From Clostridiales bacterium (GTDB lineage Bacteria; Bacillota; Clostridia; Christensenellales; Aristaeellaceae): a DNA stretch of 64,000 nucleotides. Under the pieces are notes generated by a model that was not told the DNA's origin, made no database searches, and worked only from the letters and a program-made list of their open reading frames with translations. Shown one piece after another: positions 37,197-46,899 of the stretch; position 1 is the first letter of the stretch, and every line of letters starts with the position of its first letter. The position numbers and the translations under genes were made by a program. The DNA is taken from contig SVGM01000016.1 of assembly GCA_015056365.1 (NCBI GenBank), positions 3,826-67,825 of the forward strand, read 5' to 3'.

Positions 37197-40100
37197 ATGC
37201 AATGGATCATCTCAGCGGTCGGGCTCATGATTTTGGTCTTTCTGGCGTTCAGCACGCGCCAGCCCGCCCGAAAGGAAATGCGCAACGCTCCACTGGACGA
37301 GGCGCTGGAAGGGTATTTGCAGACGCTGGCTGCACGGCCGCTGCTGAGTACGCCACAGCGAATCAGCCCTCCCCGCAGGTTTCTGAGCCGGCTGGAGAAC
37401 CTGCTCAATATGCTCAACGAGCTGCCTGCCAAGGAACTGCTTCCGGCTTCCAAACGGCTTAGTGATCATGGAAGGATGCTGCAAGAAGAAACCGCCGCCT
37501 TGCTACAGCAGTTGCGCTTCATCCGTGCACTTCCGGCAGCCGAACGCGATGAAACTCGTATTTCTTCCTTTGCCAGGGAGTTTTTTTCCCATACCAACGG
37601 CGAGATGAATCTGGGCAGATTTTCAGCAGTTGTTGCTGCGTGGCAAGCCCAAAGTCCCTTTACCGTCCGTGAAATCGACGCGCTGGAACCCGCGCTTCGC
37701 CTGGCGCTTTTAACGCTGCTGGTGGACCTGACCGAACAATGCGTCAGGGAACAGCAAGTCATTCAAGCGGCAATGACCGCAGCGGATGCGCTGCATAACG
37801 GAAAAGAAAAGACAGCCCAGCGGATTTATCAAAAGCACAGGCACAACCCCCTGTTTCTTACCCGGTTTAACGGCCAGGTGCGCAAGGGGCACGGCGGAGA
37901 GACCGCTTTCCGAAGCCAGCAATTTTTCATTGAGCAAGCGTTTTCAGGCGAAGAACTAATCAGCGAAGAGCGTCTCCATCAAATTGAAACCGTCCGGTGG
38001 GTAAGCAATGCCATTTCCTCCCTGCAATTTCTGAAGCAGATGCCTTGGCACCGGCTCAAGGAGGAATGGAGCCACCCTCACCTTACGCTTGAGCAAGACG
38101 ATGCCTATCCGCGAATGGATGCCGAAAGCCGTGCAGCATACCGGATGCGCATCGGCGAACTCAGCAGACTGTCCCACCGAACCGAACGCGCCGTCTGCGA
38201 AAAAGCCCTGAGTCTGTGCCATGGCTATGACCCAGGAGATGTGCGCTCGCATGTGGGCTACTATCTGCTGGATGACGGCGTTCCCACGCTGCTCAGTGCC
38301 CTGCACATCCGTCCCAGTCTGTCCATTTGGTTTCGCTTTGCACTGGGAGGCTCCAAAGCATGGCGCATCATATCCTGGGCTTCGTTTGCTTTACTTACAC
38401 TGATCATTGTGCTCAGCGGGACGCACCCACTGCTATGGCTGCCGCTGGCAGTGCTGCTCACCTTTGCTGTCTTGCAGGCGTTGCAGCTATTGTTCACACG
38501 TCTGGCGCTGCCCCGCATCGTGCCCAGAATGCAGCTTGAGCACATTCCGGACTCTGCCCGTACGCTGGTGGTCTGCCCCACCATGCTGCTCAGTCCTGAG
38601 CATGCCATCCAGACGGTCAAGCAGCTTTCTGTGCTATGCCACGCTAACCCCGATCCCAATCTGGACTTTCTGCTGCTGGGAGATTATCAGGACAGCCTCA
38701 CCGGCACGCTTTCCGATGACGATGATGTGGTTTCTGCCGCAGCGACAGCAGTCCGCGCGCTCAGCGAAGATACCGGGCGTTCGTTTTTGTACTTTCAGCG
38801 GGAGAGGATCTATCAGCTGTCCGACCATATGTACATGAGCCGCGAACGAAAACGGGGCGGGCTGGAGACCCTGATGAAGCTGATGGAAGGGCAGCCTGTT
38901 GACGACCGGTTTACCTACGCTTCCATCCAACCCGAACGGCTGCGGGGACAATATCGTTATCTGCTTACGCTGGACAGCGATACCCTCATGCCACCAGGTA
39001 CTGCTCTTCGGCTGGTGGGCGCAATGCTGCATCCCCTGCAGCGGCGGCATTCCCTGGGTGGCCGCATGCGCGGCGTGTCCATCATTCAGCCGCGCATGAA
39101 AACAGCCTTGCACCGGGTGGAAAGCTGGTTTTCTCTGCTAACCGGTGGCGAGGGTGGTACCGATCCCTACAACCCGTTGCTCGGCGATTTTGATCAAGAC
39201 ATCCTACGTAACGGTACATTTCAGGGCAAGGGAATCATTGATCCCCGTGCCTACTTGACGGCAACCAGTCGGCAGATGATTCCCGGCGCAGTCCTCAGCC
39301 ACGACCTGCTGGAAGGGCAACTGACAGGCTGCGCCAACGCAGGCGATATCACCCTCTATGAAGGTCAGCCCAACACCCTGCATGAATACCTGTATCGGCT
39401 GCATCGATGGACAAGAGGCGACTGGCAACTGCTCCCCTATCTTATTTCCTTTCTGCCGAAACACACCCAGCCTGAAAAGAATACGCTGACCAGCAGCGAC
39501 CAGCAAAAGCTTTGGTTTTCCATCGGTAGAACAATCCTGCGCCCGCTTCAACTGCTGCTGGCATTCCTGTGTGTGCTTGTGGCGGCCCCCATCCCGCTGG
39601 CACTGGTGCTTCTGGTGCTGGACTGGCCCCTGCTGCTCAAAAAAAGCTGGACTGGCGCTGTCTCCTTCTTGCTTCGAATACTGATACTGCCGCTGGAAGC
39701 CGGTATGCAGGCGGATGCAATCGCCCGCACCCTGTACCGGGTGTTGATCTCCCGGCGGAAGCTACTGGAGTGGACCACCGCTGCCCAACTGGCTCATCTT
39801 GAGCAAAAGCCGGACATGCTGTTTTTCTATCTGAGCATGATCTCAAGCGGTGTGCTGGCGCTGCTCTGCCTAATCCCCGGCGCAATGCGACTCCCGGGGA
39901 TCATTCTGGCAGCGTTGTGGGCAGCCTTTCCCTTTCTTCTTCCCCTGGCAGAGCAACCCCTCCGGCCAAAGAAACACCCCACCGGCTATATGCATGAGGT
40001 ATTGGAACGGTTGGCAGGTAACACGCTGACCTTCTTTGAAACTGCCATAACGGACGCAGACAACGCCTTACCGCCTGATCATGTACAAATCGACCCCAAC

Positions 40101-43100
40101 AAGGGAATCATGCACCGTACCTCACCCACCAACATTGGTCTCTATCTGTGTTCCCTGGTGGCTGCGGAGATGCTCCAGCTTCTGCCGCCCGATGAAATGG
40201 CCCACCGCATCTCCTGTACCGTCAGCACGCTTGAAAAACTGCCCAAGTGGAACGGGCACCTGTACAACTGGTATGACACCCGTACTTTGCAACCGCTGAA
40301 ACCCTTTTTTGTTTCCACCGTGGACAGCGGCAATCTAGCGGTCTGCCTAACGACGGCTGCCCAGGGGGTTCGCAGTCTACTGGGCGCGCTCTCCCAGCGC
40401 CACCATAGCCTGTCTGCCAGGCTGGACGCGCTGGCGGAAGGTATGCACTTTGCCCCCTTGTACGATGCAGATGCAGAGTTGTTTCACGTTGGCATACATA
40501 CCGAAAAAGGGGAGCTTACCGAGGCGCATTACGATCTGATAGCCAGCGAGTCCCGGCTCACTTCCTTCTATGCCATCATGACCGGACAAGTTCCTCTGCG
40601 TCACTGGTTTCATCTGGGACGAACCCGGGTACATACTCCCCATGGTCAGACGCTGCTGTCCGGGAACGGTACCCTGTTTGAATACCTGATGCCCTTTCTC
40701 TTTCAGCCGCCTACAAGCCGAACCCTGCTTTGTGAAACAGCGCGCAACGCACTCCAGTTGCAGCGGAGATACCAGCTCAACGGCGTCAGCGGCGTTAGCG
40801 AAAGCGGCTACTACGCCTTTGATCCAAATCTGTATTACCTCTACAAGGCGTTCGGCCTTGCGCCGCTGGCCATCAATCCTCAAGTAGAATCCGACGTGAT
40901 TGCGCCGTATGCCACCATTCTTGCCTTCAGTCTGGATGAGAAAGGCGCCATGAGCAACCTTCTGAAAATGCAAAGCATGGGGATGGAAGGGCCGCTAGGG
41001 CTGTTTGAAGCTGCGGACTTTTCTGTAGAGCGCATCGGCGATGGCCAGCCGTTTCGTGTCATCCACAGCCATATGGCCCATCATCAGGGGATGATTCTGT
41101 GCGCCATCGTCAATTTTCTTTGCGACAATGCCCTTGCGCGCGCCTTTTCGGAGCTGCCTGCTGCCAAGGCTTACCAATACTTACTGGAGGAACCCATGAG
41201 CCGCCAGCGCGGCGTAGTACGCCATCCGCTGCGCAGGGAGATCCACACGGAGGCTCAGCCGGACATGTATGCTTCCCACCCAGCCAAATCTCTGGTTTTT
41301 CCCATGCAGGCACATGTGCTCTACGGCGCAGGAACCAGGCTGCTGGTGGATGCACTGGGCGGCGGATCGCTCAGCAGAAATGGCGTGATGATGACTCGCT
41401 TTCATCACAGCTGCCATCTGCCCTCCGGACCAAGGCTGTACCTGAAGGATAGCCAGAACGGCGCATACTGGATGGTGACAGAAGCCGGAGCCCAAGTCAC
41501 CTTTGAGACCACTCAGGCCATCTTTACCCATACCAGACAGGAAATTTATTCCGCGCTGCGAACGTATGTGGATCCTCTCACCGGCGCTGCAGTGCATTGC
41601 CTTACGCTGGAGAACCGGTCCAAAGGGCAGCGCATGCTTGAGGTATGCAGCTATCTGGAGCCTGCATTGGCTTCCCAGCAGGACATGGAAACCTGCCCCG
41701 CATTTGAAACACTTTCCTTGAAGACCGCCAGGCTTTCGCCTTATGGTGTAGAAGCGACCCGGATGCAAGCTTCCGAAACAGACGAAACACGCAAGCTTTG
41801 GCATGTCCTGTGCACGGATACATCCATCAGTGTCTTCCACGTGCAGACGGATCGCGCTGCTTTTCTAGGTCGGGGGCGCAGCATCTACACGCCGCGGGAG
41901 CTAGAAATGCCCCTTAGCGGTCTTGCGGACGCCGTAGGTACGATGCTCGATCCCTGCCTGAGCCTACGTGCGCAGTTTGTTCTACAGCCCGGCGGGAAAG
42001 CGCGTTTTGTCTTCGTCACTCTCATGCCCAAACCGCAGGACACCCCCGGCGCATTCCTCCTGCGCTGCGATCATCCCGAGAGTGTGCTGAGCAGTTATGA
42101 ATCCGCCCTGACGCAGGGCATCGTCACCATGCGCACGCTGGATCTTACGCCAGAAGAACAGGGACTTTTGCCCCAGCTTCTGGGTCTTCTGGCTTATACA
42201 GGGCAGCCAAGCCAGACGCGCTACGCCGGTGAAAACCATCTGCCGCTACATGCCTTGCAGGAGATCGGGATCATCGGTGACTGGCCCATTGCCGTGATGG
42301 AATGTGACGAAAAGAGCTGTCTCCCGCACGCCAGGACGATGCTAAAGATCCATGCGCTCTGCCGAATGAGCGGACTGTGGTTTGACCTTGTGTTTCTATG
42401 CAGAAACGAAACGACGTCAGCGCTCCATACCGCACTGGAAGAGGCTGTGCAGCAAAGCCATAGCCACGACCTGCAAAGCCAGCCTGGCGGCGTACATCTC
42501 TTTGATCATGATGGTATTTCCGATGAGCACGTTTATTTGCTGCGTGCGTGCGCCCGGGTGGTGCTGCGCATGCAGGACGGATCCATCGCCGACTGCCTGA
42601 ACGCCATGCAATGCGCCGCGCACAGCAGACAGGTATACCGACAAAAAGCCACTGCCGCCTGGAAGCTGATGCTGCCTGACATTGGCGAATTACTCTGCTA
42701 CAACGGCTACGGTGGTTTTGTGCCTTCCGACGGTAACTATGCCATCACGCTGCCCCCCGGCAGACAAACCCCGGCGCCCTGGTGTAATCCGTTGTGTTCA
42801 GAGACGTTCGGCACGCTGGCAAGCGAGAGCGGATTGCTTTTCTCGTATGCAAAACCCAACCGTACCGGCCGCTTCACCAGCTGGACAAACGACACCGTAA
42901 ACCCGCAGGGAGAAGAAAACTTCTTTCTCAGAGACGAAGCCCATAAGCTGCTCTGGTCCCTCACGCGACAGCCATTGGGCATGGGGCTGGCTGTGCGCAT
43001 CACCCATGCGCCCGGAGAAACAGTCTACGAAAGCTCGGGATATGGAATCTACAGCCGAATGCTTTGCTTTACCGATGACCAGAACGCCATGGGGATCCGT

Positions 43101-44930
43101 GTCATCCAACTGCGTAATGAGGATATGTCGGAACGCATTCTAACCTTCTGTCATACCCTCATCCTGACCCCCGATGCTCACCCGGCTGCACCGCAGCTTA
43201 CCCGCACTTCGCGGATTCCAGGCGGTATCTGTCTGGAAAACCCACAGCGTGAAGGTGTATTCGGCCTGTGCAGCATCGACCCGGAGGCGTCCATTGCCGC
43301 TACCATGAGCGCCGGCACCTATCAGGGGCTGTGGAGTATCGCCCCTGCTGCGCTGAGCGGCGCAGAGATGCCATCTTCGGACAGCGGCAATGCCGTCATG
43401 CTCTGCAGCACCATCCAGCTCAAGCCCGGCGAAAGCCGCACGCTGACCTGTGTAGTGGGATACGCTAAAAAACGAAGCGAATTGGTCAAAACGTTTCAAG
43501 CGCTGCGCAGTGACGGCGCTTCCATGCGCCTCCACCGGGTAAAGCAGGTATGGGAGCAGCGGCTCTCCGCCATGCGCTTTGACCTGCCGGACGACGGGTT
43601 ATCGCTGTTTATGAATCGCTGGCTGCCCTATCAAATCCGCGCTTCCATGATGATGCAAGGAGTATTGGATCATTCGAGCCGTGCCTTCAGGCCGGAAAAT
43701 TTGCAGTCGCTGGTCCATACGGAGCCATGGATCGTCCGGGCGCAGCTTATACTGTACGCCGTGTGCTCCATTGAAGGCGTAGACGAACCATACCTTTCTG
43801 ATGAGCTCGGCACCAGAAACCAGCCCGATGACCAAAATGATCCGCTGTGGCTTCCCTATATGACCGCCGTCTACGTGGAAGCCACAGGCGACAGTGCCAT
43901 CCTTCAGGAATGCATCTCTGGTTTGCAGAACAAAACACAGCCAGAAACCCAATCTCTACTGGAATGCTGTCTGGAGATGATCCGGCACGTGGAGTTGGGG
44001 TCCCATGGTCTCCTGCTGAAAAAGAACGCCGGCGGAGAACAAACCGGCGGCGAAAGTATCTGGCGCAGTATGTTTCTTTGCGAGGTTTTGCGCCGCTTTG
44101 CTCCCCTGTGCCAGCCTGCACAGGCACAGCAGCTGTACACCATGCGTCAGCAGCTATTGCAGCGGCTTGATCAGTACGCCTGGGATGGCGGCTGGTATCT
44201 GGGCGGCTGGCGTCAGGACGGCGGCAAGTTAGGTTCAAGCCAATGCAGCGAATGCCGCATCGACGTGCAGCCTCAAACCTGGGCAGTACTCAGCGGCGTT
44301 TCCCGTGACCGCTGCGTAACTGCCATGGAAAACGTATGGCGCCTGCTTTATCAACGCAGCACCGGTATTCTCCAACGCTTTACCCCTCCCTTCGATCAAA
44401 CGGAATCCCCCGACGGCGCAGTCTATCCACCCGGCGTGAAAGGCAACGGCGGTCAGGATACCCAAGCAGCTACAGGGGCAATCGCGGCATTCCACCAGCT
44501 CGGGCAGGACGAGAGAGCATGGGAGCTGGCGCTTGCGCTCCTGCCATTCCGCCATACTGCCACACAGCAGCTGGCGCGTCGTTACCGAGCAGAGCCCTAT
44601 GTGCTGGCAGGAACGATCTGCGCCAACGCCCAGCAGCGCGGACGGGGAGGATGGACCTGGTATAGCGGCAGCGCGGGTCGGTATTTCACCGTCATGATGG
44701 AACAGCTGCTGGGCTTGCAGAAGATCGGCAATACGCTGCGGTTCCGGCCTGTCCTTCCCCAAGGGTGGGATGACGTCCACCTTAGCTACCGCTACTTCTC
44801 CGCCACCTATCATCTCCACGCCACACGGGAATGCACTGCAGCGGTGGCGGACGGCGAACCTCTCACGGACGGTACGCTCCGGCTTGAGGATGACGGACGG
44901 ATTCACGAGGCCACTTTTCCGGCGCGATAA
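37197..44930 (+). CDS. Cyclic beta-1,2-glucan synthase-type giant protein (TM + GT84 + central alpha/alpha-barrel + GH94-like C-terminus)
   Basis: 2,577-2,579 aa. GT84 blocks are present: FLLLGDYQDS, RERKRGGL, LTLDSDT, IIQPR, SHDLLEG, RWTRGDWQLL. The central region has RTSPTNIGLYL and the C-terminus has RGGWTWYSGSAG. There are several TM segments. Confidence 0.85.
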   Translation: MQWIISAVGLMILVFLAFSTRQPARKEMRNAPLDEALEGYLQTLAARPLLSTPQRISPPRRFLSRLENLLNMLNELPAKELLPASKRLSDHGRMLQEETAALLQQLRFIRALPAAERDETRISSFAREFFSHTNGEMNLGRFSAVVAAWQAQSPFTVREIDALEPALRLALLTLLVDLTEQCVREQQVIQAAMTAADALHNGKEKTAQRIYQKHRHNPLFLTRFNGQVRKGHGGETAFRSQQFFIEQAFSGEELISEERLHQIETVRWVSNAISSLQFLKQMPWHRLKEEWSHPHLTLEQDDAYPRMDAESRAAYRMRIGELSRLSHRTERAVCEKALSLCHGYDPGDVRSHVGYYLLDDGVPTLLSALHIRPSLSIWFRFALGGSKAWRIISWASFALLTLIIVLSGTHPLLWLPLAVLLTFAVLQALQLLFTRLALPRIVPRMQLEHIPDSARTLVVCPTMLLSPEHAIQTVKQLSVLCHANPDPNLDFLLLGDYQDSLTGTLSDDDDVVSAAATAVRALSEDTGRSFLYFQRERIYQLSDHMYMSRERKRGGLETLMKLMEGQPVDDRFTYASIQPERLRGQYRYLLTLDSDTLMPPGTALRLVGAMLHPLQRRHSLGGRMRGVSIIQPRMKTALHRVESWFSLLTGGEGGTDPYNPLLGDFDQDILRNGTFQGKGIIDPRAYLTATSRQMIPGAVLSHDLLEGQLTGCANAGDITLYEGQPNTLHEYLYRLHRWTRGDWQLLPYLISFLPKHTQPEKNTLTSSDQQKLWFSIGRTILRPLQLLLAFLCVLVAAPIPLALVLLVLDWPLLLKKSWTGAVSFLLRILILPLEAGMQADAIARTLYRVLISRRKLLEWTTAAQLAHLEQKPDMLFFYLSMISSGVLALLCLIPGAMRLPGIILAALWAAFPFLLPLAEQPLRPKKHPTGYMHEVLERLAGNTLTFFETAITDADNALPPDHVQIDPNKGIMHRTSPTNIGLYLCSLVAAEMLQLLPPDEMAHRISCTVSTLEKLPKWNGHLYNWYDTRTLQPLKPFFVSTVDSGNLAVCLTTAAQGVRSLLGALSQRHHSLSARLDALAEGMHFAPLYDADAELFHVGIHTEKGELTEAHYDLIASESRLTSFYAIMTGQVPLRHWFHLGRTRVHTPHGQTLLSGNGTLFEYLMPFLFQPPTSRTLLCETARNALQLQRRYQLNGVSGVSESGYYAFDPNLYYLYKAFGLAPLAINPQVESDVIAPYATILAFSLDEKGAMSNLLKMQSMGMEGPLGLFEAADFSVERIGDGQPFRVIHSHMAHHQGMILCAIVNFLCDNALARAFSELPAAKAYQYLLEEPMSRQRGVVRHPLRREIHTEAQPDMYASHPAKSLVFPMQAHVLYGAGTRLLVDALGGGSLSRNGVMMTRFHHSCHLPSGPRLYLKDSQNGAYWMVTEAGAQVTFETTQAIFTHTRQEIYSALRTYVDPLTGAAVHCLTLENRSKGQRMLEVCSYLEPALASQQDMETCPAFETLSLKTARLSPYGVEATRMQASETDETRKLWHVLCTDTSISVFHVQTDRAAFLGRGRSIYTPRELEMPLSGLADAVGTMLDPCLSLRAQFVLQPGGKARFVFVTLMPKPQDTPGAFLLRCDHPESVLSSYESALTQGIVTMRTLDLTPEEQGLLPQLLGLLAYTGQPSQTRYAGENHLPLHALQEIGIIGDWPIAVMECDEKSCLPHARTMLKIHALCRMSGLWFDLVFLCRNETTSALHTALEEAVQQSHSHDLQSQPGGVHLFDHDGISDEHVYLLRACARVVLRMQDGSIADCLNAMQCAAHSRQVYRQKATAAWKLMLPDIGELLCYNGYGGFVPSDGNYAITLPPGRQTPAPWCNPLCSETFGTLASESGLLFSYAKPNRTGRFTSWTNDTVNPQGEENFFLRDEAHKLLWSLTRQPLGMGLAVRITHAPGETVYESSGYGIYSRMLCFTDDQNAMGIRVIQLRNEDMSERILTFCHTLILTPDAHPAAPQLTRTSRIPGGICLENPQREGVFGLCSIDPEASIAATMSAGTYQGLWSIAPAALSGAEMPSSDSGNAVMLCSTIQLKPGESRTLTCVVGYAKKRSELVKTFQALRSDGASMRLHRVKQVWEQRLSAMRFDLPDDGLSLFMNRWLPYQIRASMMMQGVLDHSSRAFRPENLQSLVHTEPWIVRAQLILYAVCSIEGVDEPYLSDELGTRNQPDDQNDPLWLPYMTAVYVEATGDSAILQECISGLQNKTQPETQSLLECCLEMIRHVELGSHGLLLKKNAGGEQTGGESIWRSMFLCEVLRRFAPLCQPAQAQQLYTMRQQLLQRLDQYAWDGGWYLGGWRQDGGKLGSSQCSECRIDVQPQTWAVLSGVSRDRCVTAMENVWRLLYQRSTGILQRFTPPFDQTESPDGAVYPPGVKGNGGQDTQAATGAIAAFHQLGQDERAWELALALLPFRHTATQQLARRYRAEPYVLAGTICANAQQRGRGGWTWYSGSAGRYFTVMMEQLLGLQKIGNTLRFRPVLPQGWDDVHLSYRYFSATYHLHATRECTAAVADGEPLTDGTLRLEDDGRIHEATFPAR

Positions 44931-44940
44931 CCGAAATAAA

Positions 44941-44984
44941 AAAACGCGGCTCACAGGCACGCCATGTGCTATGAGCCGCGTTTT
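44941..44984. terminator. Bidirectional terminator between the giant gene and glmS
   Basis: A 13-bp stem (AAAACGCGGCTCA pairs with TGAGCCGCGTTTT) with A/T runs on both sides. Confidence 0.8.
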
Positions 44985-44997
44985 GGATGATCGAAGG

Positions 44998-46833
44998 TTA
45001 TTCTACGGTAACGCTCTTGGCCAGGTTACGGGGTTTATCCACATCACAGCCGCGGGCGACCGCCATACAGTATGCGAAAAGCTGCAGGGGGATCACTGCC
45101 AGCAGTGGGGCGAACAGATCGTCTGCATCCGGAATCGCGATGATCTCTTCCACGCTATCGCGTACCTTATCCTGCAGGCTCTCCCGGCAGATCGCGACCA
45201 CGCGGGCACCGCGGGCGGTGACTTCGCGCAGGTTGCTCAGGGTCTTATCCAGCAGCGAAGGCTGGGTGATGGTCGCCACCACCAGACGGCCCGGCTGCAA
45301 AAGCGCAATGGGGCCGTGCTTCAGTTCGCCAGCGGCATAGGCTTCGCTGAAAATATAGCTGACTTCCTTGAGTTTCAGCGCAGCCTCCATCGACAAGGCA
45401 TAGTCCAGGCCGCGGCCCACAAAGAATACATGCTTCTTCTGGCTGGCGGTGGAAGCAAAGCGCTGGAGATGTTCTTCCGTTTTGAGAACCTCCTCCGCCT
45501 TCTTGGGCAGAGTGACAAGTTCCTCAAGCAGCGCGTCCACCCGTTCCCGGGGCAGCGTGCCGCGCATGTCGCCCAACGCAATGGCCAGCAACAGCATCAC
45601 TTCCGCCTGGGTCATGTATGCCTTGGTACTGGCGACGGCGATCTCAGGACCGGCGTAGGTATACAGGGTATTGGCATCCCCTACCTCGCGGGCAATGGTG
45701 GAACCCACCACATTGCACACGGCCATCACTCGCGCGCCACGGCGCTTGGCCTCGCGAAGGGCAGCCAGCGTATCAGCGGTTTCGCCGCTCTGCGACACGG
45801 CGATAAACAGCTCATTTTCGCCGATAATGGGATCACGGTAGCGATATTCGCTGGCGATCTCTGCCTCCACAGGCAGGCGAGCCAGCCGTTCGATGGCATA
45901 CTTGCCAACAATGCCCGCATGATATGCTGTACCGCAGGCAACGATACTGATCTTCCGCAGATTCCGGGCGTCCTCGGGACTGATGGGCAGCCAAGCGTAG
46001 TCTCCGGGATTCTGGGAGCGACGAGGAGCGTAGGTCTTTTGCAGGGCTTCGGGCTGCTCGTGGATTTCTTTGAGCATATAATGGGCATAGCCGCCCTTTT
46101 CCGCGCTGCTGATATCCCAGTCCACATGGAACAGCGGATGCTGACAGGGCGTGCCGTAAGCATCGTATACGCTGATGCCGCTCTTGTCCAGGCGGGCGAT
46201 CTCCTTATCCTTGAGGAAGATCACGTCGCGGGTATGAGACAGAAGCGCCGGGATATCAGAAGCAGCGAAGCATTCGCCGTCCTTTTCACCAATGACCAGC
46301 GGGCTGTCGTTGCGGGCACAGTAGAGCACACCGGGTTCCTCGTCGCATACCACGCCAAGGGCATAGCTGCCTTCCAGCATGGAAATGGCGCGAAGAAGCG
46401 CCTGCTTCATATTGCCTTTATAGAGGTGGTTGAGCAGATGGGCGATGACTTCGGTATCCGTCTGGCTGATAAACACCGCACCTTCCGCCGTAAGGAAATT
46501 ACGCAGGGACTCATGGTTTTCAATGATACCGTTATGTACCACCGCAATGCCGCCCTTGACGTCGGTATGGGGATGGGCGTTGATATCGCTGGGTTCGCCG
46601 TGGGTAGCCCAGCGGGTATGACCGATGCCTACGCAGCCGGTAATAGGCGAAGTTTCCAGCAGGTTCACCAGGTTTTCCAGCTTGCCCTTCGCTTTTCGTA
46701 CGTTGATTTTATTGGTTCCATCGATCACCGCGATGCCGGCGCTGTCGTATCCGCGATAGGACAGCTTATCCAGACCGTCCATCAGAATAGGAGCGGCTTC
46801 CCGTTGACCAATGTATCCTACGATTCCACACAT
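44998..46833 (-). CDS. glmS: Glutamine--fructose-6-phosphate aminotransferase
   Basis: Trimmed to MCGIVGYIG (Cys nucleophile). Two SIS domains and a C-terminal NLAKSVTVE. Confidence 0.97.
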   Translation of the reverse strand: MCGIVGYIGQREAAPILMDGLDKLSYRGYDSAGIAVIDGTNKINVRKAKGKLENLVNLLETSPITGCVGIGHTRWATHGEPSDINAHPHTDVKGGIAVVHNGIIENHESLRNFLTAEGAVFISQTDTEVIAHLLNHLYKGNMKQALLRAISMLEGSYALGVVCDEEPGVLYCARNDSPLVIGEKDGECFAASDIPALLSHTRDVIFLKDKEIARLDKSGISVYDAYGTPCQHPLFHVDWDISSAEKGGYAHYMLKEIHEQPEALQKTYAPRRSQNPGDYAWLPISPEDARNLRKISIVACGTAYHAGIVGKYAIERLARLPVEAEIASEYRYRDPIIGENELFIAVSQSGETADTLAALREAKRRGARVMAVCNVVGSTIAREVGDANTLYTYAGPEIAVASTKAYMTQAEVMLLLAIALGDMRGTLPRERVDALLEELVTLPKKAEEVLKTEEHLQRFASTASQKKHVFFVGRGLDYALSMEAALKLKEVSYIFSEAYAAGELKHGPIALLQPGRLVVATITQPSLLDKTLSNLREVTARGARVVAICRESLQDKVRDSVEEIIAIPDADDLFAPLLAVIPLQLFAYCMAVARGCDVDKPRNLAKSVTVE

Positions 46834-46870
46834 AAACAAATGCCTCCACATAAAAACTAATGCAGAACAT

Positions 46871-46899
46871 AATGTATCATAATGTATTATTCTTGTCAA
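46871..46899 (-). promoter_or_regulatory. Candidate glmS promoter (TTGACA-17-TACATT) overlapping a 10-nt tandem repeat
   Basis: On the minus strand, TTGACA lies at 46894-46899, inside the last codons of the upstream gene, and TACATT at 46871-46876. The plus strand carries CATAATGTAT twice, at 46868-46887. Confidence 0.45.

Noticed and set aside
46834-46876. I expected a glmS ribozyme upstream of glmS.
   Set aside because: Only 43 nt of intergenic space exist, and they hold a promoter-like element. No ribozyme core sequences are visible. Its absence is reported as a finding, not as a feature.
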